From Polyangiaceae bacterium (GTDB lineage: Bacteria > Myxococcota_A > Polyangia > Polyangiales > Polyangiaceae): 34,182 bases of DNA. The notes under the pieces are model-generated. The model did no database searches. It saw only the letters and a list, made by a program, of their open reading frames with translations, and was not told the origin of the DNA. Each line of letters begins with the position of its first letter. Positions within the stretch are counted from its first letter, which is position 1. The stretch lies in the NCBI GenBank assembly GCA_035063585.1, contig JAPSGB010000046.1, positions 1-34,182 on the forward strand, written 5' to 3'. The translations under genes and the position numbers were made by a program. Shown here in pieces: positions 1-9,450 of the stretch.

Positions 1-84
1 GCCGGTGCCGCCGCTCGACGAGCCGCCGGCGCCGCCGCTCGACGTGCCGCCGGCGCCGCCGCTCGACGTGCCGCCGGCGCCGCC
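1..84. repeat. 24-bp coding tandem repeat (GCCGCCGGCGCCGCCGCTCGACGT) encoding GGAGGTSS
   Basis: Full units at 22-45 and 46-69, partial units at 1-21 and 70-84. Confidence 0.9.
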
Positions 85-297
85 AGCGCCACCGCTCGGC
101 GCCCCTGCGCCACCGCCGCTCGAAGCGCCGCCGCTCGGAAGCCCCGCCCCGCCGTCCGGCTGACCGCCGCTGCCCGCCGGGCTCCCCGCCGCGCCGCCCG
201 TCGAGCCGGCGTAGCTGCCGTCGAGGTCTGAGCCTTCGGCGCACGCCACCATGGCTGCGACCGCGAGCGACACAAGGACGATGACTCTCGAGCGCAT
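1..297 (-). CDS. Lipoprotein with Gly/Ser-rich linker (5' part only; runs off the window start)
   Basis: Not in the ORF track. Manual translation from ATG at 297 gives MRSRVIVLVSLAVAAMVA-C-AEGSDLDG...GGAGGTSSGGAGGTSS, i.e. signal peptide, lipobox Cys and low-complexity linker, open to base 1. Confidence 0.85.
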   Translation of the reverse strand, partial: MRSRVIVLVSLAVAAMVACAEGSDLDGSYAGSTGGAAGSPAGSGGQPDGGAGLPSGGASSGGGAGAPSGGAGGAGGTSSGGAGGTSSGGAGGSSSGGTG

Positions 298-359
298 GGC
301 GTTCTCGCAGCGGCGAGCCTCGTGGAGCACGCTCTCGCGCTCACCGAGCTCGCGGGCGG

Positions 360-365
360 ATTCTA
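360..365 (-). promoter_or_regulatory. Putative sigma70 -10 element (TAGAAT) for the lipoprotein gene
   Basis: AT-rich TAGAAT on the minus strand in a GC-rich intergenic gap, about 60 nt upstream of the ATG at 297. Confidence 0.45.
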
Positions 366-408
366 GACCACGCGCGACGCGTTCGCCACGAGCTTTTCTC
401 GTCGACCT

Positions 409-1332
409 TCACCGGCCACGGCCACGGCCGCCGCTCCGCGGCCCGCGGTGGCGCTTCGGATCGAGCCCGAGCACGCTGAGCGGCTCATCCGACAGCGTGA
501 AGGACACCGCGTCGCCGAGACGCACCGACACGCTCTTGTAGGGGCCGTCGAGGAAGAGGCACGCGTCGTTCATCTTGCTCTGGGCGCTCACCTCCCGGCC
601 GAGCTCGACCACCACCCGTAGGAGCCGATAGCGCGCGCCGAACGGCACGTAGGGCTCGCGGACCACGAGCTGGAGCTTGCGCGAGCGGAGCGGGAGCACC
701 TTGCCCCCGGCCGAGTGAGACGCCGCGGTCGAGCCCGCCGCGGGCCCGATCCAGAAGCCGCTCGAGCGCTGCTCCTCCTCACGGGCTCCGTGGCGCAGGA
801 TGTAGCGCGAGGTCGCCGCCGGCGAGGCGTGGCAGAAGAGCGCCTCGTTCAGCACGCGACGCGAGCGGATACGACCGTTGACGCTCACCATCATGCGCGA
901 CAAGGAGAGGCTCGGGAGACAGCCCTCGAGCGCGCGCTCGAGCTGCTCGCCGAGGTTTCGCCGCTCGGCCCCGCAGAAGAACCCGACGCTGTGGCAGGGT
1001 GCGCTGTTCACTCCGAGGATCGGCACTCGCCCGACGTTGTGCGAGGCCGCGAGCAGCGTGCCGTCACCGCCCACCGCGACCACGAGGATGGCGTCGGCGG
1101 TGTCGAAGGCGGCGTGCGAGTTCTCGACCAGCACCGCGCGCGCGCCGCGCTCGTCGAGCCAGCGCAGCACCTCGTCGAGCGTGCGCGTGTGCTCGTCGTG
1201 GGCCTCCCGCCAGTGCGCCACCGAGGGATCGTGACGGCGCAAGAGCGCGCGGGCGCGCGGGTCGGCCTCGTCGCGGATGAAGCGCGCGTACGACGAGCGC
1301 TTGGCGACCACCACCACGCGCGGACGTGTCAC
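409..1332 (-). CDS. nadK: NAD(+)/NADH kinase
   Basis: GGDGT motif, PILGVN, VLNE and SSGFWIGPAAGSTAASHSAGG. GTG start at 1332 overlaps the NUDIX stop (GTGA). Confidence 0.9.
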   Translation of the reverse strand: MTRPRVVVVAKRSSYARFIRDEADPRARALLRRHDPSVAHWREAHDEHTRTLDEVLRWLDERGARAVLVENSHAAFDTADAILVVAVGGDGTLLAASHNVGRVPILGVNSAPCHSVGFFCGAERRNLGEQLERALEGCLPSLSLSRMMVSVNGRIRSRRVLNEALFCHASPAATSRYILRHGAREEEQRSSGFWIGPAAGSTAASHSAGGKVLPLRSRKLQLVVREPYVPFGARYRLLRVVVELGREVSAQSKMNDACLFLDGPYKSVSVRLGDAVSFTLSDEPLSVLGLDPKRHRGPRSGGRGRGR

Positions 1333-2012
1333 GGGTACCGCTCCCGGAGCCGCCGGAGCGCGAGCTCCGTCTTGGTGTCCTCGATCACGCCCGCGCGGCA
1401 CAGCTCGAGCGCGCGGTCGAGCGCGAGGTGCGCGATGACGCCGCCCCGCTCGAGCGCAGAGCCGTCGAGCGTGGGCTCGCCGCGCTCCCCGGGCTCGACC
1501 GTGACCTCGAAATAGAAATGCCGTTCGGCGAGCACCGCCGGCGCCGGGAACGTGCTCGGGCCGAGGGGGACGAGCGCGCCGCCGGGGACCGCGAAGCCGA
1601 GCTCCTCGGCGAGCTCGCGGCGCGCGCTCTCGCGTACGCCGGCCTCGCCACGCTCGTCGGGCTCGACCAGACCGGCAGGGAGCTCCCAGAGCCCGCCGGC
1701 GGGCGTGGGACCCGGCGGCGGATAGAGCGAGGGATCGCGGTGCGCGAGCGGCGGGCGCACCGCGCTCCGTAGGTACACGCGCCGCTCGCCGTGCGCGCCG
1801 ACGAAGTGCGCGACAATCACCACCGCGTCGAGCGCGCGGCGCGCGACCTCGTCGTAATCGAAGGGCGCGCTCGCGCTGCCGTCCGGGAACACCGCGCGGA
1901 GGCGGCGCCGGACCAGCCTCAGGAAGCCGCGCTCGTCTCGCGGGGAGACATCCTCGAGGAGCTCGAGCGCGATCCGGGGGAGCGAAGGCAGGTCGTCGCG
2001 ATCAGAGGTCAT
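1329..2012 (-). CDS. NUDIX hydrolase (ADP-ribose pyrophosphatase-like)
   Basis: WELPAGLVE...ARRELAEELG Nudix box and C-terminal G.IED.KT. Start MTSDRDD at 2012; TATATT -10-like element at 2078-2083. Confidence 0.85.
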   Translation of the reverse strand: MTSDRDDLPSLPRIALELLEDVSPRDERGFLRLVRRRLRAVFPDGSASAPFDYDEVARRALDAVVIVAHFVGAHGERRVYLRSAVRPPLAHRDPSLYPPPGPTPAGGLWELPAGLVEPDERGEAGVRESARRELAEELGFAVPGGALVPLGPSTFPAPAVLAERHFYFEVTVEPGERGEPTLDGSALERGGVIAHLALDRALELCRAGVIEDTKTELALRRLRERYP

Positions 2013-2105
2013 GGTTCGAGCCCGGGCGGCGGCGCGGCCGGCTTGCTCGCCGGGCCGGCGCAGGGTACATCGAGCGGAATATAGCGTGAGAGGGAGAATC
2101 GTCCG

Positions 2106-2960
2106 ATGAAGCGCAACACGTTGGCGCGACTCGCGATCCTGACGGTGCTCGTGAGCGGCGCGGGCTGGGTGCCCGCCGCCTCGGCCGCGCCAAAGGCGGC
2201 GAAGGCGAAGCCGAAGGCCGCGCTCGACGCGGCCGCGCTCCGAGCCGAGCTCGAGAGCGGCGACGAGGCGCGGATGCTCGCGGCGCTCGAGCGCGTAGCC
2301 GAGGCGGGGGAAGCGGCGAAGGCCCTCACGCCGGACGTCGAGGCGCTGCTCCGTCGCGGGGCGAGCGCGAAGGTCATCCGCGCAGCGCTCACCGCGGCCG
2401 GCGCGCTCCGCCAAGAGTCGTCGAGCGCCGCGGTCGCGCCTTACCTCCGGCACCGTGACGAGGGGCTCCGCCGCGGCGCGGCGCGCGCGCTCGTGAAGAC
2501 GGGGGGCACCGCCGCGGTGAAGGCGCTCCGCGCCGCGCTCCGGAGCCCGGACGCGGGCGTCCGCGGCGTCGCGGCGAGCGGCCTCGGCGCGCTCGGCGCA
2601 CGCGAGGCGCTTCCCGATCTCTTCACCGCGCTCGATCGGCGCGTCGATGAAGCGGCCACCTCGATCGGCCAGCTCTGCGAGCCCGAGGAGTGCGAGAAGT
2701 TCGCCGCCCGGCTCGGCAAGCTGCCCTTCGAGGTCATGACCAGCGGCTTCGATCAGATCCTGTTCCGAGCCCCCGAGAAGATGAGCGACGACGCCAAGCT
2801 CCGGATCGTGGATCGCCTGCGGGAGCTCGGCACCGCGGAGGCCGGCAAGTTTCTGGCGGACGTCGCGGGCCGGTGGCCTGCGAGCTGGAGCAAGCGCGTC
2901 AAGCAGGCGATCGACGCCGCGGTCAAGGCGACCGGCGGCGGAGCGGAAGCGGACGACTGA
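2106..2960 (+). CDS. Secreted HEAT-repeat protein
   Basis: Signal peptide (MKRNTLARLAILTVLV...ASA) followed by HEAT/PBS-lyase-like repeats (D..LRRGAARAL, D..VRGVAASGLG.LG). Confidence 0.8.
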   Translation: MKRNTLARLAILTVLVSGAGWVPAASAAPKAAKAKPKAALDAAALRAELESGDEARMLAALERVAEAGEAAKALTPDVEALLRRGASAKVIRAALTAAGALRQESSSAAVAPYLRHRDEGLRRGAARALVKTGGTAAVKALRAALRSPDAGVRGVAASGLGALGAREALPDLFTALDRRVDEAATSIGQLCEPEECEKFAARLGKLPFEVMTSGFDQILFRAPEKMSDDAKLRIVDRLRELGTAEAGKFLADVAGRWPASWSKRVKQAIDAAVKATGGGAEADD

Positions 2961-4741
2961 TGAGACGACTCGTCATCGGGGGCGCGGCGCTCCTCGGGCT
3001 CACCGCGTGCGGCAGCGGCATGCAGGGCGGGCTCGGCAGCGCGTTCTCCCCCACCTGGCAGAATGACGGCGGGAAGTCGATCGGCGCGCTCGCCCAGCGC
3101 ATCGCGAAGGCCCAGCTACCGGTCGGCCGAGGGCTCGCGGTCGGTGTCACCACCAGCGGGCTCGTGGTGATCGGCCTCGACGGCTCCGCGAAATGGTCGC
3201 GAGCGGGCGCGGTGGACGCGCGCCCCGCGATCGCCGGCGACGTCGTGGTCGCGACCGGCGGAGGCCGGGTCTTCGCGCTCGACGCGCGGACGGGCAAGCC
3301 GTTCTGGTCGCTCTCGAGCGAGGGGCGCTCGCTCCGCGGCGCAGGCGACGACGGCCGCGTGACCGCCGTCACGCTGGGCGGGCGCGGCGGCGGCGACAGC
3401 GTCGTCATCGCGGTCGATCGCAGCGGGCGCGAGTTGCTCCACCTCGAGGCCAAGCCCGAGCTCGGCGCGCCCGCGGTGCTCGCGGACACCGTGCTGGTTC
3501 CCTGGAGCGGTCAGTACGTGTCGGCGGTGCGCCTCGGCAGCCGCGACGAGACCGCGCGGCTCCTCCTTCGTGACAAGGTGACCCGCGTGATGCAAATCGG
3601 GCCTCACCTCTACTTCGGCGGGATGTCGCTCACGCGCTTCGACGATCGGATCGACCAAGCGGGCGCGAACCGAGCGACCCAGGCCGTGCTCCCGACCAGA
3701 CCACTCCCCGGCGAGCCGCGGCTCATCGATGACGGTACGCGCGTCGCGCCGCCGGTCGCGAACGCGCGTGACAGCATCCACCTCTACGCGAGGCCCGCGG
3801 CGGACGGCGCGCACTTCGCAGGCGATCGCTACGCCGCGACCTACTATCGAATCGCGATGGGTCTCGCGGTGGACTCGGGCGCGCTCGGCTGGGTGCGAAC
3901 CCTCCCCGCGCCGGTGCTCGGCGGCGACGCCGCCGAAGGCGGTTTTGCGCTCTGCGATGCCACCGGGAGGGTTTGGCTGATCGGCGCGGAACAGGGCACC
4001 GACGCCGGCTCGGTCTCGCTCGGCGAGCCGGTCCAGTCGTGCGTGGTGAGCGCGGGCTCCTTCACCGTCGCGGGCGGCAAGAGCCTGGGCTCACTGGCGG
4101 AGCAAGTGGAGCACGCGGTCGAGCTCGACGACGCTCAGATGGTGACGGCGCAGGGCTTCCTCCTCGAGCGCCTCGGATCGCTGAGCGATCCCGTCGTTAC
4201 CAAGGTGCTCATCGACCTCGCGAGCAGCACCCGGACGCCGCCCGCGTTGGCGGAGGCCGCAAGGAAGCTCCTCGCCGGGCGCCGCTCCGGCGCCGAGTAC
4301 ATGCTCGAAGCGCTCGGTCGCGAGTATGATTTTCTGTCGGACGTGCTCCGTCCACCGCCGGTGGCGCCGCTCGCCGACGCGCTCGCGGCGATGGATCGCA
4401 AGGACGCCGCGCCGCTGCTCGCCCGGCATCTGAACGACCCGGCAGACTCACCGGAGGACATCGAGCACGCCGCCCGCGCGCTCGTGAAGCTCGCCTCGCC
4501 AGCCGAGCTCGAAGAGATCCGCTCCTTCTTCTCGCTCTACCGCGCGACCGCGGAGCGGCCGCCGCTGGTCGCAGCGGTGATCGCCGCCGCCGAGACGCTG
4601 CTCCGCATCGGCGGCGCGGAAGGCGAGAAGCTGGTGCGGAGCGCCGCCGCCGACCCGCTCACGCGGCCCGACGTGCGCGTCGGGCTCGACGGCGTGCTCC
4701 CGCCCGCGAAGACGACCGCGGCGGAGTCGACGGCGGACTAG
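2960..4741 (+). CDS. Lipoprotein with PQQ-like (BamB-type) beta-propeller and C-terminal HEAT-like helical domain
   Basis: ATG at 2960 overlaps the upstream TGA. Lipobox LTAC; blades such as PAIAGDVVV...VFALDARTGKPFW and LAVDSGALGW; helical C-terminus. Confidence 0.8.
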   Translation: MRRLVIGGAALLGLTACGSGMQGGLGSAFSPTWQNDGGKSIGALAQRIAKAQLPVGRGLAVGVTTSGLVVIGLDGSAKWSRAGAVDARPAIAGDVVVATGGGRVFALDARTGKPFWSLSSEGRSLRGAGDDGRVTAVTLGGRGGGDSVVIAVDRSGRELLHLEAKPELGAPAVLADTVLVPWSGQYVSAVRLGSRDETARLLLRDKVTRVMQIGPHLYFGGMSLTRFDDRIDQAGANRATQAVLPTRPLPGEPRLIDDGTRVAPPVANARDSIHLYARPAADGAHFAGDRYAATYYRIAMGLAVDSGALGWVRTLPAPVLGGDAAEGGFALCDATGRVWLIGAEQGTDAGSVSLGEPVQSCVVSAGSFTVAGGKSLGSLAEQVEHAVELDDAQMVTAQGFLLERLGSLSDPVVTKVLIDLASSTRTPPALAEAARKLLAGRRSGAEYMLEALGREYDFLSDVLRPPPVAPLADALAAMDRKDAAPLLARHLNDPADSPEDIEHAARALVKLASPAELEEIRSFFSLYRATAERPPLVAAVIAAAETLLRIGGAEGEKLVRSAAADPLTRPDVRVGLDGVLPPAKTTAAESTAD

Positions 4742-5247
4742 CTCTCGTCGTCGACGCGCACCCGCGCGGGGGCGGGCTGGTCGCCGGCCACGCCGGACCG
4801 ACCAGCCTCTTCGCCAGCGGGCGCTTCGGCTGCGGCTCGGGCAGCGCCGGGCTGAGCCTGCGGCGACGCGGCAGAAGCCGGCGGCGGGGGCGCGCCGGTG
4901 ACCGCGGACTCGACACGGCCGGCCACGCGCTCGACCACGCTCAGCAGCTCGCGCCCGGCCTCGCTCGCGATTTCCTCGATGCGCTTCGGATCGAGCGATT
5001 TTACCGCCTTTCGGCCGAGCTCGCCGACCGCCCTCGCATCGAGGTCGTCGAGTCGCTGCATGGCGCGGCGGCCGAGCGCCTCGAGGCGGCCGGGCTCGAG
5101 ACGCCCCGCCGCTTTCCGCGCCGCGCGCAGCATGAATTCCAACCCCTGCGCGAGGTCTTCGCCGGCGCCGCGAGGCTCGCCGGGCTGGCTCGCCGGCTCG
5201 CGCTGGCCCTCGGGGAGCGCGCCGGGCCCCGTCTTTTCGTCGCCCAT
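4738..5247 (-). CDS. Hypothetical protein (helical core, Pro/Ala-rich tail)
   Basis: ORF from MGDEKT with protein-like composition. Its stop overlaps the convergent gene's stop (CTAG). Confidence 0.65.
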   Translation of the reverse strand: MGDEKTGPGALPEGQREPASQPGEPRGAGEDLAQGLEFMLRAARKAAGRLEPGRLEALGRRAMQRLDDLDARAVGELGRKAVKSLDPKRIEEIASEAGRELLSVVERVAGRVESAVTGAPPPPASAASPQAQPGAARAAAEAPAGEEAGRSGVAGDQPAPARVRVDDES

Positions 5248-5341
5248 TCGAAGTAAGGTGGGCACGGCTCGCCCGGCGCGCAAGGGGCGGGCGAGCGCGC
5301 GGCGCGCGTGCGATGCTAAGCCCTCTCGCGAGAAGCCTCCG

Positions 5342-6235
5342 ATGAACCTGTCCGCGGAACGAACCAAGAGCCTGGAGCTCGCGATCGACGAGGTCGTAAA
5401 GAGCTACGATGGAGCCCGAGACATCGACAACCTCGAGAGCGCCGCGCTGCCCAACAAGCGCGCCGTCATCGAGGCCTTCTGTCACCTGCGCGCTGCCATC
5501 TACATCGGGTTTTATAGCCAACGCGCGCTAAACCGCGAGGTGCTCCGCTACGCCCTCAGCGAGCAGCTCTACCCGGCCTACGAGCTCTTGACCGAGCAGA
5601 TCCGACGGGCGGTCACCTACGAGGAGAAGATGGGCCACGGCCCCGCGCGGCGACCGACCTGGAGCGACGCGGTCGTGCTCCGGCTCGTGCACGCGCTGCC
5701 CGAGCTCCGGGAGACGCTCAACGACGATCTGCTCATGACCTATAGGAGCGATCCGGCGGCGAAGAGTCTCGAGGAAATCGTCTTCTCGTACCCCACGCTG
5801 CAGGCGATCACGGCGCACCGGATCGCGCACCTCCTGCACGACGAGGGCGTGCCCATGATCCCGCGCATCATCGCCGAGTACGCGCACGGCCTCACCGGGA
5901 TCGACATCCACCCGGGCGCGCGTATCGGGCGGAGCTTCTTCATCGATCACGGCACCGGCGTCGTGATCGGGGAGACGAGCGAGATCGGTGATCGAGTCCG
6001 CGTCTATCAAGGCGTAACCCTCGGCGCGCTCAGCTTGCCGAACGTCGCGGACTCCGATCGCCACAAGCGCTACAAGCGACACCCGACCATCGGCGACGAC
6101 GTGACCATCTACGCCGGCGCGACCATCCTCGGTGGCGACACCGTGATCGGCGCGGGCTCGATCATCGGCGGCAACGTGTGGCTCGTGAAATCAGTCCCCC
6201 CGAAGTCGAAGCTCTTCGGGCGCGCGCGGGAGTAG
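5342..6235 (+). CDS. cysE: Serine O-acetyltransferase (CysE/EpsC type)
   Basis: DPAAKS.EE...YP, HRIAH, TGIDIHPGARIG..FFIDHGTGVVIGET, YQGVTLG, KRHPTIGD hexapeptide domain. Start at MNLSAE. Confidence 0.92.
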   Translation: MNLSAERTKSLELAIDEVVKSYDGARDIDNLESAALPNKRAVIEAFCHLRAAIYIGFYSQRALNREVLRYALSEQLYPAYELLTEQIRRAVTYEEKMGHGPARRPTWSDAVVLRLVHALPELRETLNDDLLMTYRSDPAAKSLEEIVFSYPTLQAITAHRIAHLLHDEGVPMIPRIIAEYAHGLTGIDIHPGARIGRSFFIDHGTGVVIGETSEIGDRVRVYQGVTLGALSLPNVADSDRHKRYKRHPTIGDDVTIYAGATILGGDTVIGAGSIIGGNVWLVKSVPPKSKLFGRARE

Positions 6236-6245
6236 AGTGCGCGTC

Positions 6246-6785
6246 GTGACCGAACCTCCCCTCTCCTTTGGCGCGCGGCTCGCGCTCGCCTTCGCCTGCT
6301 TCTTCCGGGTGCTGTTCGACGGGCGCTACGCCGCGCGCGTGTCAGCGGCCGCGGCGAGCGCTCCCGCGCTGCCCGCGCCGGAGCCGGAGCCCGAGGCAGC
6401 CGAGCCGAACGTGGAGCCCGCGCTACAGCTCCTTGCGCTCTTGCAGCGCGAGGGCAGCCTGGTCGATTTCCTCCAGCAGGACGTCTCCGAGTTCGGCGAC
6501 GCCGACGTCGGCGCGGCCGCACGCGCAGTGCATGATCGCTGCGCTCGCGCGCTCTCACGCCAGGCCAGGCTCATCCCCATCGTGACAGAAGAGGAAGGCG
6601 CGACCCTGACGCTCGAGGCGGGCTTCGACTCAGCCGCCATCAAGCTCACCGGCAACGTGCGCGGCGCGCCGCCCTACCGCGGCGTCGTGCGGCACCGCGG
6701 CTGGCGCGCCGAGTCGTTCGAGCTGCCACGGGTGGTCGGCGAGGGGGACGCGCACATCGTGGCGCCCGCGGAGCTCGAGCTTTGA
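6246..6785 (+). CDS. DUF2760 domain protein
   Basis: ALQLLALLQREGSLVDFLQQD...D.DVGAAARAVH..C...IKLTGNV.G.PPY.G.VRHRGW...VAPAELEL. Start is GTG at 6246 (or 6237). Confidence 0.85.
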   Translation: MTEPPLSFGARLALAFACFFRVLFDGRYAARVSAAAASAPALPAPEPEPEAAEPNVEPALQLLALLQREGSLVDFLQQDVSEFGDADVGAAARAVHDRCARALSRQARLIPIVTEEEGATLTLEAGFDSAAIKLTGNVRGAPPYRGVVRHRGWRAESFELPRVVGEGDAHIVAPAELEL

Positions 6786-8608
6786 GCGCGGCGCGGTTCG
6801 TGGTCGGCATCGATCTCGGGACGACCCACACCGCGCTCGCGAGCGCCGAGCTCGACGACCCGGCCGCGCGCCCGCGGATATTCGCGGTGCCGCAGCTGGT
6901 GGCTCGGGGAGCGGTCGAGGCGCGCGCGCTCCTCCCATCTTTCATCTATTTCGCCGCCGACGGCGAGGGTCCGCTCCCCTTGCCGTGGGATTCCGCGCGC
7001 TCCTTCGCGGTCGGTGAGTACGCGCGCGCGCGCGGCGCGGAGTCCCCCGCGCGCGTCATCTCGAGCGCCAAGAGCTGGCTCTCGCACGGTGGGATCGATC
7101 GCCGCGCCCCCGCGCTCCCGCCGAACGCACCGGAAGATGTCGAGCGGATCTCCCCGGTGGAGGCGTCCTGGCGATACCTCGACCACCTCTCGGAGGCGTG
7201 GCAGGCCGCGCCCGAGAGCACCGGCGAGCCGCTCGGCGACCAAGAGCTCATCCTCGCGGTGCCCGCATCGTTCGACGCCGCCGCACGCGACCTCACCGTG
7301 GAGGCGGCCTACGCCGCCGGCCTCGAGAACGTCACCCTCCTCGAAGAGCCGCAGGCCGCGCTCTACGCGTGGCTCGCAGCGATGGGCGAAGGGTGGCGCG
7401 ACGCGCTCCGCGTGGGGGACGTCGTGCTCGTGATCGACATCGGCGGCGGCACCACGGATTTCTCGGCCATCGCCGCCCTCGAGCGAGCGGGCGAGCTCGA
7501 GCTCCGCCGCGTCGCGGTCGGCGATCATATCCTCCTCGGTGGGGACAACATGGATCTCGCGCTCGCGCACCAGGCGCGCGCGCGCCTCGAGGCGAAGGGT
7601 CACGAGCTCGACCGCTGGCAGCTCCACGCGCTCACCTTCGCTGCGCGTGCAGCAAAGGAGCGGCTGCTCGGTGATCCGTCGCTCGAGCGCGTCCCGGTCG
7701 CGGTGCCGGGACGCGGGTCGCGCTTGGTCGGCAGCACGCTGAGCGACGAGCTCACTCGCGAGGACGTGACGCGCGTGCTCCTCGACGGCTTCTTCCCCGA
7801 GGTCGCGGCGACCGCTCGCCCGGCGGCCCGAGCCCGCACCGCACTCACCCAGCTCGGCCTACCGTACGCGTCGGACGCCGCCATCACCAAGCACCTCGCG
7901 AGCTTCCTCGCACGTCAGGCGGGCGCGACCCAAGAGCTCCCGGGCTTCGAGGCGAGCACGGGCGCCTTGCTCCACCCGACGGCAGTGCTCTTCAACGGCG
8001 GCGTGACCAAATCGCCGCTCGTCCGCGAGCGGCTCCTCTCTACCTTGAACCGTTGGCTCGCGGAAGACGGCGCCGGCGCGGTCCGCGCGCTCGCGGACAC
8101 CGACGCCGATCTCGCAGTCGCGCGCGGCGCCGCGTACTACGGCCTGGTGCGCCGCGGGCGCGGGCTCCGCATCCGCGGCGGTACCGCGCGCGCGTACTAC
8201 GTCGGCATCGAGAGCCCGATGCCGGCGGTACCCGGTCTGCAGCCGCCGGTGAACGCGCTCTGCGTCGCACCCTTCGGGATGGATGAGGGCACCGACGCCG
8301 AGCTCCCCCCCATCGAGCTCGGCGTGGTGGTGGGTGAGCCGGTGAGCTTCCGGTTCTTCAGCTCGACGGTGCGTCGCGACGATCGCGCGGGCACCGAGCT
8401 CGAGCGCTGGAGCGCGGACGAGCTCGTCGAGCTCTCGCCCATCGAGCTCACCTTGCCCGCGGAGGGACGAGCCGAGGGAGACGTGGTCCCGGTGCGACTC
8501 GACGCGCGCGTGACGCCGGTCGGCACGCTGCTCCTCGAGGCCGTGCCGCTCGAGCCGCGCGTGGCCGATGAACGCTGGAAGCTCGAGCTCAGCGTGCGTG
8601 AGACGTGA
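6782..8608 (+). CDS. Hsp70-family protein (atypical, DUF2760-associated)
   Basis: GIDLGTT, VPASF, LEEPQAA, DIGGGTTD, LGGDNMD, DLAVARGAA. TTG start overlaps the DUF2760 stop (TTGA). Confidence 0.9.
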   Translation: MSAARFVVGIDLGTTHTALASAELDDPAARPRIFAVPQLVARGAVEARALLPSFIYFAADGEGPLPLPWDSARSFAVGEYARARGAESPARVISSAKSWLSHGGIDRRAPALPPNAPEDVERISPVEASWRYLDHLSEAWQAAPESTGEPLGDQELILAVPASFDAAARDLTVEAAYAAGLENVTLLEEPQAALYAWLAAMGEGWRDALRVGDVVLVIDIGGGTTDFSAIAALERAGELELRRVAVGDHILLGGDNMDLALAHQARARLEAKGHELDRWQLHALTFAARAAKERLLGDPSLERVPVAVPGRGSRLVGSTLSDELTREDVTRVLLDGFFPEVAATARPAARARTALTQLGLPYASDAAITKHLASFLARQAGATQELPGFEASTGALLHPTAVLFNGGVTKSPLVRERLLSTLNRWLAEDGAGAVRALADTDADLAVARGAAYYGLVRRGRGLRIRGGTARAYYVGIESPMPAVPGLQPPVNALCVAPFGMDEGTDAELPPIELGVVVGEPVSFRFFSSTVRRDDRAGTELERWSADELVELSPIELTLPAEGRAEGDVVPVRLDARVTPVGTLLLEAVPLEPRVADERWKLELSVRET

Positions 8609-8617
8609 GCGCGCGCC

Positions 8618-9370
8618 TCACTTGAAGCCGTTCACGTGCACCACGTACCACACGCCGCGCCACGAGATGAGCGACGTGATCGGTAGCTCGCGTTCTTCAT
8701 TCGCGCCGTCACGATAGCGAAGTCGGGCGCGGAGCACGCGGTAGTAGCCGAGGCGATTTCCCTCGCTGCCCGGCTTCATCCAGGTCGCCTTCGCCGCCGG
8801 CACCGCGAGCTCGATGAAGCCGCTCGGGCCGGCGCCCGCGCTCAGCTTGCGGTGATAATCATGGATGTCGCGCTCGAAGTTCCTGATCAACCGATACTTC
8901 CAGTCGCGCTCGGGCCTCGCGATATCCTTCACCACCTGGTACGCTTCCACAGGGAAAAAGAACGGCAACGCGATCGACGGATCGTCGGCGACGATGGCTT
9001 CGTAGAGGAGCCTCGCGTGGTGCACGAAGAGAGGGTCGGTGCTCGACGGCTCGTCCTCGGTCTGTGCGAGGAGCTTGCCATCATCGCCGCGCAGCCTGGG
9101 CTCGGCGACGGGTGCGAGGTCTGGCCTCGGCGGCTCGGCCGGCGGCGCGGACGCCGGCGGCGCGGGCGCCCCGGCCGGCGGCGCGGCGGTCGATCTCGCG
9201 CGTGCGCTCGGCTCCGGCGCGAGCTCTACGCGAATGATCGTCGAGTCGAGCGGTGGGGGCGCGGCGACCGCGGTGCTGGCCGCGGGCGGCGGCCCGGGTC
9301 GGTCGCGCAGGCAGCCGGTCGCGCCGAGGAGACAGAGAGACGCGAGGCTCGCTCGCCCGAAGTGACGCAT
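8618..9370 (-). CDS. Hypothetical lipoprotein with Pro-rich linker
   Basis: MRHFGRASLASLCLLGATG-C lipobox, Pro/Ala linker, then a globular domain (FFFPVEAY..VK...WMKPGSEGNRLGYYR...SLISWRGVWYVVH). Confidence 0.8.
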   Translation of the reverse strand: MRHFGRASLASLCLLGATGCLRDRPGPPPAASTAVAAPPPLDSTIIRVELAPEPSARARSTAAPPAGAPAPPASAPPAEPPRPDLAPVAEPRLRGDDGKLLAQTEDEPSSTDPLFVHHARLLYEAIVADDPSIALPFFFPVEAYQVVKDIARPERDWKYRLIRNFERDIHDYHRKLSAGAGPSGFIELAVPAAKATWMKPGSEGNRLGYYRVLRARLRYRDGANEERELPITSLISWRGVWYVVHVNGFK

Positions 9371-9450
9371 CGCTCCCAGCATGCCCCAGCTCGCCCTCGG
9401 GTGGCGAGCGTCGAGCGCACGCCCGGGCGCGCCCGTCGTATAACGAGCGC

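Noticed and set aside
1..84. 24-bp direct repeats as a possible CRISPR array or VNTR element
   Set aside because: There are no spacers and the repeats are in frame, encoding a Gly/Ser linker. No cas genes are present.
2690..2959. Long N-terminal extensions in the ORF track (also 4898, 9253, 13664, 20276, 25718 and minus-strand 2453, 24908)
   Set aside because: They are Arg/Pro/Ala-rich, overlap neighbouring genes, and better starts exist at signal peptides, SDs or stop/start overlaps.
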